NCBI GenBank assembly: GCA_044222475.1
Contig: JBGANF010000083.1
Span: 1 to 37,317 of the forward strand
Length of the DNA stretch: 37,317 bases
Reading direction: 5' to 3'
Source of the DNA: Polyangiaceae bacterium
Lineage (GTDB): Bacteria > Myxococcota_A > Polyangia > Polyangiales > Polyangiaceae
Below the pieces are notes generated by a model that searched no databases, was not told the origin of the DNA, and saw only the letters and a program-made list of their open reading frames with translations. Shown here piece by piece: positions 30,568-37,317 of the stretch. The position numbers were made by a program, and so were the translations under genes. Each line of letters begins with the position of its first letter. The first letter of the stretch is position 1.

Positions 30568-30876
30568 TCAGTGCGTGAGACGATGTAAGGCTGCTGCGAT
30601 GCGGTCGAGAGCGTCGACGATGCGTTCGTCGCGGGTGAAGCCCCAGGCTGCAGCGAGCTCGAGCGCCGCAGCGGTTTCGCAAATGGAGCCGAGGGCCGTG
30701 CCGAAGCCGCTGCCGCGAGATTACCGTCCCGGGAGCCGTGCCCCTCGGCGATGTTGAGGACGATGCTGGACGCCGCGTCGCTGACCCCGATCCGGTCCAT
30801 GGGCCGAGCGTCAGTCCCGGACGACGGGGGCCAAAGAGCGGACAGTTTCGAGAGCAAACACTTGAATCTGCAACAT
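30568..30876 (-). pseudogene. Four-helix-bundle protein (23S rRNA IVP/Avd-like), copy B, frameshifted
   Basis: AAGGAG RBS; MLQIQVFALETVRSLAPVVR...ASSIVLNIAEGHG...FGTALGSICETAAALELAAAWGF..DERIVDALDRIAAALHRLTH*; several indels and an early TGA. Confidence 0.85.
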
Positions 30877-31077
30877 TGTCATTCTCCTTTGCCCCCGGCG
30901 CACCCCGCGCTGGTACGTTCGCCCGCCACGGCGCGCAGGCCGGCTCCGGGCTGCGCGCTTCGCGCGCCACCGCCGAAGGCGGCTTGGCCTTGAACCGGCC
31001 GAGCACCGTGGCACGATCGAACGGCCGAGCGAGGCAGGGTAGGCGTTGGTGATCGGAGGATGTCCCGAGCATCACAC

Positions 31078-31092
31078 GTCCCAAACTGGGAC
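31078..31092. repeat. GTCCCA-N3-TGGGAC palindrome (outer end of unit B)
   Basis: GTCCCAAACTGGGAC, flanked by C...G extending the stem. Confidence 0.85.
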
Positions 31093-31258
31093 GGACTCGG
31101 ACGCGGACTCGGAAGCGAACTCGGACTCGGACGCGGACTCGGAAGCGGAAGCGGAAGCGGAAGCGGAAGCGGAAGCGGAAGCGGAAGCGGAAGCGGAAGC
31201 GGAAGCGGAAGCGGAAGCGGAAGCGGAAGCGGAAGCGGAAGCGGAAGCGGAAGCGGAA
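31093..31258. repeat. Hexamer microsatellite: 8 variant units (GGACTC/GGACGC/GGAAGC/GAACTC) followed by 19 perfect GGAAGC units
   Basis: Counted directly; begins right after the palindrome and ends at the trmH-like stop codon. Confidence 0.97.
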
Positions 31259-31765
31259 TTACGGGTAACGCCTCCGCGTCCACTCGTGCAGCGTGATCCC
31301 CACCGCGATCGCCAGCGGCAACGAGTGATTCACCCCGTACGTCGGGATCGCCAACACGTCATCCGCGCGTTCGAGCAGGCTCTTCGGTACCCCGAACCGC
31401 TCGCTGCCGAAGCACAGCACCACGCCCTTCGGGAACGCGTCGACCGCGGTGATCGACCTCCGGGCGACCTCCTTCTCCAGCACCCACAGCGGCCTCGTAC
31501 CAATGTGGGACAAGAGCTCGGCCTCGTCCTTCACGGTGACGATCGTCTCGTACTTCTCCATCCCCATCGACGCCTTCTCGTAGTGGGGCTCGCTGCCGAT
31601 CAAGATGACCTCCCGCGCGAGGAAGTTGTGCGCCACGCGGATGATCGCCCCCACCGCGAACGCGTTCCCCGCGGCCACGACCGCGATCGACACGTCGTGC
31701 CGAATCGGCTCGAGGAGCCGCTTCACCTCCTCGGGTGACGCGTCGATCGGCGGAAAGAGAGCCAT
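31259..31765 (-). CDS. TrmH/SpoU-family RNA methyltransferase
   Basis: NAFAVGAIIR, FGSERFG, IP..GVNHSLPLAIA..I.LHE SPOUT motifs. Confidence 0.88.
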   Translation of the reverse strand: MALFPPIDASPEEVKRLLEPIRHDVSIAVVAAGNAFAVGAIIRVAHNFLAREVILIGSEPHYEKASMGMEKYETIVTVKDEAELLSHIGTRPLWVLEKEVARRSITAVDAFPKGVVLCFGSERFGVPKSLLERADDVLAIPTYGVNHSLPLAIAVGITLHEWTRRRYP

Positions 31766-31792
31766 GCGCCCGGTTCATGATATCCACGTCGG

Positions 31793-32515
31793 GTGCGAAC
31801 GCTGGTGGGTCTTCACTACTCTCCGTGGTCGGAGCGCGCGCGCTGGGCGCTCGACCACCGTCACCTGACCTATGCGTGGGTCGAGCACACGCCGATGATC
31901 GGCGAGCCGCTCCTCCGCCTCCGCGCCAAACGGCTCACCGGCAAGATCACGGTGCCCATCCTCATCGAGGACGGCGTCGTGATCGAGGGCTCCCTCCGGA
32001 TCGCCCGGCACGCCGACGGCGACCTCTTCCCCGAGGGCCTCGAAGGCGACATCGAGAGCTGGAACGAGCTCGCCGAAGAGGCCATGATCGTCGCCCGCAA
32101 GTTCGTGGTCGCCCGCACCGCCGAGAGCGAGGACATCCTCCGCGCGTCCCTCCCGAAGGCCCTCCGCAACGTCCCCGGCGCCCTCGCCAGCGCCCGCATG
32201 GGAACCGCGTTCTTTCGGCGTAAATACCAGCTCGACGCGATGGATTCCTCGAAGGACGCCATCGTCCGCTTCCTCGACCGGCTGCGCCAAGCGGTGAAAG
32301 CCCACCCTTTCGTGCTCGGGACGGCCTTCACCTACGCCGACATCGTCGCCGCGACGACCCTCCAGTGCGTTCGCCCCGCCAAGCGCGAGCACTGGAAGAT
32401 CGGCGACGGCCTGAGGCCCGCCTGGACCGACGAAGAGCTCGCCGCGAAGTACGAAGACCTCCTCGCGTGGCGAGACGACGTCTTTTCCCGCTTCCGGAAG
32501 CCCGCTTCCCCTTGA
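31793..32515 (+). CDS. Glutathione S-transferase family protein
   Basis: YSPWSERARWAL, TVPIL...IEGSLRIA, FTYADI motifs. Confidence 0.85.
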   Translation: MRTLVGLHYSPWSERARWALDHRHLTYAWVEHTPMIGEPLLRLRAKRLTGKITVPILIEDGVVIEGSLRIARHADGDLFPEGLEGDIESWNELAEEAMIVARKFVVARTAESEDILRASLPKALRNVPGALASARMGTAFFRRKYQLDAMDSSKDAIVRFLDRLRQAVKAHPFVLGTAFTYADIVAATTLQCVRPAKREHWKIGDGLRPAWTDEELAAKYEDLLAWRDDVFSRFRKPASP

Positions 32516-32539
32516 CACCCGGTCGCCCGTAAGTAGAGT
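32512..32539 (+). promoter_or_regulatory. Putative sigma70 promoter of rpsL-rpsG
   Basis: TTGACA-16nt-TAGAGT followed by GC-rich discriminator GCGCCTCCC. Confidence 0.65.
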
Positions 32540-32608
32540 GCGCCTCCCCGATTCCCCGGGCTACGTGCGTCCCGCACGAAAGCGCGGAATTCATCCGGGA
32601 ATTCCTTC

Positions 32609-33007
32609 ATGCCGACGATCAACCAGCTCATCAATCACGGCCGCGAGGCAGCGCGTTTCAAGACCGCGTCGCCCGCGCTCAAGGCCTGTCCCCAGAAGCG
32701 CGGCGTCTGCGTCCGCGTGTACACCACCACCCCGAAGAAGCCGAACTCCGCGCTCCGCAAGGTCTGCCGCGTTCGCCTCACCAACGGGATGGAGGTCACG
32801 TCGTACATCCCGGGCGAGGGGCACAACCTCCAAGAGCACTCGGTCGTGCTCATCCGCGGTGGTCGCGTGAAGGACCTCCCCGGTGTTCGCTACCACGTCG
32901 TCCGTGGAACGCTCGACGCGTCGGGAGCCATCGGCCCGTCGTCGACGAACAAGGTCAACCGCAACCGCAAGCGCTCGAAGTACGGCGTGAAGCGCCCCAA
33001 GTCCTGA
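32609..33007 (+). CDS. rpsL: 30S ribosomal protein S12
   Basis: [37 protein letters not shown]. Confidence 0.99.
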   Translation: MPTINQLINHGREAARFKTASPALKACPQKRGVCVRVYTTTPKKPNSALRKVCRVRLTNGMEVTSYIPGEGHNLQEHSVVLIRGGRVKDLPGVRYHVVRGTLDASGAIGPSSTNKVNRNRKRSKYGVKRPKS

Positions 33008-33023
33008 GCTGAGGATCTAGAAC

Positions 33024-33494
33024 ATGCCCCGCCGACGCGAAGTACCGAAACGCCGCATCATTCCGGACCCGAAGTACAAGGACAAGCTCGTCTCGAAGTT
33101 CACGAACACGCTCATGCTGGGCGGCAAGAAGGCGACGGCAGAGGGCATCCTCTACGGCGCGTTCGACGTGATCGCAGACCGCTTCAAGGAAGACGCGATC
33201 GAGACGTTCCGCAAGGCGCTCGACAACGTGAAGCCGAAGCTCGAAGTGAAGAGCCGCCGCGTCGGTGGCGCGACCTACCAGGTTCCGGTCGAAGTCCGCC
33301 CGGAGCGCCGCGTCGCTCTCGCGATGCGCTGGATCGTCACTTACGCCCGCGACCGCGGCGAGAAGACGATGCGCGAGCGCCTCGCCGCCGAGTTCGTCGA
33401 CGCAGCGAACGGCCGCGGCAACGCGGTGAAGAAGAAGGACGACACGCACAAGATGGCGGAAGCGAACAAGGCGTTCGCGCATTACCGCTGGTGA
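33024..33494 (+). CDS. rpsG: 30S ribosomal protein S7
   Basis: [32 protein letters not shown]. Confidence 0.99.
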   Translation: MPRRREVPKRRIIPDPKYKDKLVSKFTNTLMLGGKKATAEGILYGAFDVIADRFKEDAIETFRKALDNVKPKLEVKSRRVGGATYQVPVEVRPERRVALAMRWIVTYARDRGEKTMRERLAAEFVDAANGRGNAVKKKDDTHKMAEANKAFAHYRW

Positions 33495-33500
33495 GCTGAG

Positions 33501-33519
33501 TCGTCCCAACTTGGGACGA
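33501..33519. repeat. Solo GTCCCA-N3-TGGGAC palindrome
   Basis: TCGTCCCAACTTGGGACGA, perfect 9-bp arms, 6 nt after the rpsG stop. Confidence 0.8.
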
Positions 33520-33521
33520 GA

Positions 33522-33560
33522 CGAAGGCCGTCGCGCTACCGCGGCGGCCTTCGCGCATTT
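33522..33560 (+). terminator. Terminator-like hairpin after rpsG
   Basis: CGAAGGCCGTCGCG-CTAC-CGCGGCGGCCTTCG 14-bp stem with a short T-run shortly after. Confidence 0.55.
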
Positions 33561-33597
33561 TGGGCGCGGAGGGAACGAAACAGCGTTACGGGCGTAT

Positions 33598-34674
33598 ATG
33601 CGCCCGATGCCAAGTCTGCGCTCGCCGGCCCTCGTCATGCTGTTCGCCGTCTCCGCCCTGTGCCTCGGTGCAGGCTGCAAGAAGAAGAAGCCGGAGCCCA
33701 TTCCGCTCTCCACCCCATCGACGACGGCGTCGGGCCTGAGCTCGCGTTGCGATGGAGAAGCGTCGAAGGTGTGGGATCTCACGAAGATCAAACCCTACGC
33801 GCTTCACGCGGACGGCACGCCGAGCCGCGCCGCGCTGTTCGTCAGCGACGGAACCGCCGCGATGCGCGGGTGGCAGAGCGAGACGCCGAAGGAGCTCGAG
33901 CCCTGGATCGCCGGCACGTACGCCGCGCTCGACGCCGAGCTCACCGTCTGCGTCGACGAGAAGGAGCCGACCAAGGCCGAAGGTCTCGTCTGCAGCTACT
34001 ACGGTGCGAAGGTCACGATGAAGGGTCGGGAGTACTCGGTGAAGGTCATCGAGACCGCGACGGGAAAGCAGCTCGCGGCCGAGACATTCACGACCGATCC
34101 CCGCGTCGCGCTCTGTCCAGGCTCGGTCACCGGCTCGTACACGGACTACGGGAACTGGCAGGGCCGCGTTGCGACGATCCTCGCGCGGCTCGAGCCCGAA
34201 GCCGCGCTCGCGACGCTCCCGAAGGCGAACGTCGACGACCTCTACGGCGTGTGCACCGGCACCGGGCTCGCGCAGGCGCGAAAGCCCGGCGAGTCGGGCG
34301 CGCTGAAGGTCGTCTACTTCCCGACCGCGACCACGAGCTTCACGAACGAAGACGTCCCGAAGGGGCTGGCGATGGGCTCGAGCGATCGTGACCCGTCGCA
34401 CTACGCATACGTGATGTGCGTGACCGGAAAGCCGGCGAAGAAGAAGGGAAGCTGCGACTACCTCGGGACGACGAGCCTGCTCGGCATCTTCGACGGCACC
34501 TTCGACGTCGAGCTCCGCGAAGCGCGCACGGCGAAGGTCGTCGAGACGAAGACGTTCACCGGCACGTCGGCCGGGTGCCCCGACACCTACAAGTTCAAGG
34601 GCTCCGCAGACGAGCGCATCCTGACGATCGAGCCTGCGTTCCGCACGTGGGTGGCCGAGGTCGCAGCGCGCTAG
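33598..34674 (+). CDS. Lipoprotein with two tandem Cys-containing domains
   Basis: LGAGC lipobox followed by KKKK; internal repeat (VCV...C.Y.G...V...ETATGK.L...TF...CP versus MCV...C.Y.G...V...EARTAK.V...TF...CP); start may be 33607. Confidence 0.75.
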   Translation: MRPMPSLRSPALVMLFAVSALCLGAGCKKKKPEPIPLSTPSTTASGLSSRCDGEASKVWDLTKIKPYALHADGTPSRAALFVSDGTAAMRGWQSETPKELEPWIAGTYAALDAELTVCVDEKEPTKAEGLVCSYYGAKVTMKGREYSVKVIETATGKQLAAETFTTDPRVALCPGSVTGSYTDYGNWQGRVATILARLEPEAALATLPKANVDDLYGVCTGTGLAQARKPGESGALKVVYFPTATTSFTNEDVPKGLAMGSSDRDPSHYAYVMCVTGKPAKKKGSCDYLGTTSLLGIFDGTFDVELREARTAKVVETKTFTGTSAGCPDTYKFKGSADERILTIEPAFRTWVAEVAAR

Positions 34675-34753
34675 ACCATGTCCGTCGGCTGGGAAGCGTG
34701 CCAAAAGAGGTCCGTCGCGTTCTCTCCCCAGCACCCACGCGACGCCGTCGGGG

Positions 34754-34781
34754 TTGACACCCACGCCCACCCTGCTAGAAA
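34754..34781 (+). promoter_or_regulatory. Putative sigma70 promoter of fusA-tuf
   Basis: TTGACA-16nt-(TG-C)TAGAAA followed by GCGCTTCCC. Confidence 0.6.
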
Positions 34782-35008
34782 GCGCTTCCCTTTTCAGGGA
34801 GTCCTATCCCTTTTGGGAGCAAAACTACCGGCATGCACGAGCTGACATAAGGATCGGGTGACCCCCGCGGCGAACGCCGCAAATGGAAGTGGTCCCCCGA
34901 CACCCTCTCTGGATCCTCCCTCACGGGAGAGGCGCTTCGAAACGGAAAGCGCCGGGCCAGAGAGGGTTTCGTGCGTTTAGAGCTTCAGAACCAGCAAGGA
35001 GAGACGTC

Positions 35009-37126
35009 GTGGCCCGCGAATACCCCCTAGAAAAGACGCGAAACATCGGAATCATGGCCCACATCGACGCGGGCAAGACGACGACGACCGAGCGCGTCCT
35101 CTACTACACCGGCGTCAACTACAAGATCGGCGAGGTCCACGAGGGCGCCGCGACCATGGACTACATGGTCCAGGAGCAAGAGCGCGGGATCACGATCACG
35201 TCGGCTGCGACGAACTGCTTCTGGGCCCCGATGGAAGGCCCGAACGCCGGCGTCCGCCACCGCATCAACATCATCGACACCCCCGGCCACGTCGACTTCA
35301 CGATCGAAGTCGAGCGCTCGCTGCGCGTCCTCGACGGCGCGGTCGCGGTCCTCGACGGCGGCAACGGCGTCGAGCCCCAGACCGAGACGGTCTGGCGCCA
35401 GGCCGACAAGTTCCGCGTCCCCCGCATCGTGTTCGTCAACAAGATGGACAAGGTCGGCGCCGACTTCGAGATGAACGTCAACTCGATCCGCGAGCGCCTC
35501 GGCGTCGTTCCGGTTCCGATCCAGTACCCGGTCGGCGAGGAAGATCAGCACAAGGGCGTCATCGACCTCATCAAGATGAAGGCCTGCATCTTCGACGAAG
35601 AGTCGAAGGGCCAGAAGTACACCTGGGAAGAGATCCCGGCGAACCTCAAGGAAAAGGCCACGAAGTTCCGCGAGCAGATGATCGAAGCTTGTGCCGACAT
35701 GGACGAGTCGATCATGGAGAAGTTCCTCGACGGCAAGCTCGACCAGGTCACCGAGCCGGAGATCGTCGCCGCCATCCGCAAGGGCTGCACCACGTTCAAG
35801 TTCTTCCCGGTCATCTGCGGCTCGGCGTTCAAGAACAAGGGCGTCCAGCTCCTCCTCGACGCGGTCGTGAACTACCTCCCGTCGCCGGTCGACATCCCGC
35901 CGGTCAAGGGCATCAACCCCGACAACGACAAGGAAGAGGAGCGCAAGGCCGACGACAAGGAGCCGTTCTCGGGCTACGCGTTCAAGATCATCAACGACCC
36001 GCACGGGAACCTGACGTTCTTCCGCGTCTACTCCGGCACGATCACGAGCGGCACGATGGTCGTCAACTCGACCCGCGGAAAGCGCGAGCGCATCGGCCGC
36101 ATCCTCCGCATGCACGCCAACAAGCGCGAAGAGCTCACCGAGGCCGACTCGGGGAACATCTACGCCGCCGTCGGCCTCAAGGACACGCGCACCGGCGACA
36201 CCCTGTGCGACGAGAAGAAGCCGATCGTCCTCGAGAAGATGGTCTTCCCGGAGCCCGTCATCTCGATCGCGATCGAGCCGAAGACCAAGGCCGACGTCGA
36301 GAAGCTCGGCATCGGTCTCCAGAAGCTCGCCGCCGAAGACCCGTCGTTCCGCATCCACACCGACGAAGAGTCGGGTCAGACGATCATCAGCGGCATGGGT
36401 GAGCTCCACCTCGACATCATCTGCGACCGCCTCAAGCGCGAGTTCAAGGTCGAGTCGAACGTGGGCAAGCCCGAGGTCGCGTACCGCGAGGCGATCTCGA
36501 AGAAGGTCCCCTGCGAGTACAAGTACGCGAAGCAGTCCGGTGGTCGCGGCCAGTACGGCCACGTCCTCATGGAGATCGAGCCGGGCGAGCCGGGCACGGG
36601 CTTCACGTTCGACAACGACATCGTCGGCGGCACGATCCCGAAGGAGTTCATCCCGGCGATCGAAAAGGGCGTCCGCGAGGCGATGGAGCGCGGTGTCCTC
36701 GCCGGCTTCCCCGTCGTCGACATGAAGTGCCGCCTCTACGACGGCAGCTACCACGACGTCGACTCGAGCGCGCAGGCGTTCGAAGTCGCGGCGTCGCTCT
36801 GCTTCCAGGACGGCGCGAAGCGTGCGGGTCTGCACCTGCTCGAGCCGATCATGAAGAACGAAGTCGTCGTCCCCGAGCAGTACATGGGCGACGTCATCGG
36901 CGACATCAACTCGCGCCGCGGTCGCATCCTCGGCATGAGCCAGCGCGGCAACGCGCAAGTCGTCGACAGCGAAGTGCCGCTCGCGACGATGTTCGGCTAC
37001 GTCACCGACCTCCGGTCGATGACGCAGGGCCGCGCGACGTCGTCGCTGCACTTCTCGCACTACGCCCCGGTTCCGGCGGCGGTCCAGGAAGAAGTCGTAG
37101 CCAAGGTCAAAGGTTCGGCGAGCTGA
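35009..37126 (+). CDS. fusA: Elongation factor G
   Basis: AAGGAG RBS + [56 protein letters not shown]. Confidence 0.99.
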   Translation: MAREYPLEKTRNIGIMAHIDAGKTTTTERVLYYTGVNYKIGEVHEGAATMDYMVQEQERGITITSAATNCFWAPMEGPNAGVRHRINIIDTPGHVDFTIEVERSLRVLDGAVAVLDGGNGVEPQTETVWRQADKFRVPRIVFVNKMDKVGADFEMNVNSIRERLGVVPVPIQYPVGEEDQHKGVIDLIKMKACIFDEESKGQKYTWEEIPANLKEKATKFREQMIEACADMDESIMEKFLDGKLDQVTEPEIVAAIRKGCTTFKFFPVICGSAFKNKGVQLLLDAVVNYLPSPVDIPPVKGINPDNDKEEERKADDKEPFSGYAFKIINDPHGNLTFFRVYSGTITSGTMVVNSTRGKRERIGRILRMHANKREELTEADSGNIYAAVGLKDTRTGDTLCDEKKPIVLEKMVFPEPVISIAIEPKTKADVEKLGIGLQKLAAEDPSFRIHTDEESGQTIISGMGELHLDIICDRLKREFKVESNVGKPEVAYREAISKKVPCEYKYAKQSGGRGQYGHVLMEIEPGEPGTGFTFDNDIVGGTIPKEFIPAIEKGVREAMERGVLAGFPVVDMKCRLYDGSYHDVDSSAQAFEVAASLCFQDGAKRAGLHLLEPIMKNEVVVPEQYMGDVIGDINSRRGRILGMSQRGNAQVVDSEVPLATMFGYVTDLRSMTQGRATSSLHFSHYAPVPAAVQEEVVAKVKGSAS

Positions 37127-37171
37127 TCCAGCCGCCCTCTAATCGCGAAGAAAGAGCTCGGAGAGACAGTC

Positions 37172-37317
37172 ATGGCAAAAGAGAAATTCAACCGGAACAA
37201 GCCGCACGTGAACGTCGGAACGATCGGTCACATCGACCACGGCAAGACGACTCTCACGGCCTCGCTCGTGAAGGTTCAGAGCAAGAAGAACCTGGCCAAG
37301 GTCATCTCGTACGCCGA
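37172..37317 (+). CDS. tuf: Elongation factor Tu (3' partial)
   Basis: [30 protein letters not shown]; directly after fusA. Confidence 0.98.
   Translation, partial: MAKEKFNRNKPHVNVGTIGHIDHGKTTLTASLVKVQSKKNLAKVISYA

Noticed and set aside
29993..31092. Complete DGR or autonomous IS
   Set aside because: No reverse transcriptase, TR/VR pair with adenine-specific mismatches, transposase or clear target-site duplication is visible
31093..31258. Possible CRISPR array
   Set aside because: Contiguous hexamers without spacers; no cas genes in the window
30879..31738. ORFs with (LP)n, (EA)n or (GS)n repeats
   Set aside because: Translations of the hexamer microsatellite; no RBS or domain, and they overlap trmH antisense or the cassette leader
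32728..32880. Streptomycin-resistance alleles in rpsL
   Set aside because: PKKPNS and RVKDLP motifs are wild type

Overview
GC-rich bacterial chromosomal window. The many Cys-rich lipoproteins with Asp/Gly/Ala-rich linkers and a TSP3-OmpA (TraB-like) gene suggest Myxococcota, probably Polyangiaceae-like (inference). Housekeeping content: rpmH-rnpA-yidD-yidC-jag(khpB) with no dnaA next to it, tRNA-Arg(TCT), secA, a degP/htrA protease, a TrmH methyltransferase, a GST, and a split str operon (rpsL-rpsG, an inserted lipoprotein gene, then fusA-tuf). Accessory content: a class-III aminotransferase fragment followed by LuxE-like and LuxC-like genes, an acyltransferase-3, an MBL hydrolase, MAPEG, a two-domain chagasin, vWA, MarR, S41 peptidase and an unusual Flp-pilin-like fusion. 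The most striking unexplained structure is at 29993-31258: two diverged ~0.53 kb units in tail-to-tail inversion. Each unit consists of a GTCCCA-N3-TGGGAC palindrome, a conserved leader that can fold into a cloverleaf, an RBS and a frameshifted four-helix-bundle (23S rRNA IVP/Avd-like) gene. A 27-unit hexamer microsatellite abuts the right palindrome, and solo copies of the palindrome occur elsewhere in the window. Other oddities are an exact in-frame 138-bp tandem duplication in yidC, a frameshifted Cys-rich lipoprotein, and a long structured fusA leader. All calls come from visual motif recognition; no database searches were run.
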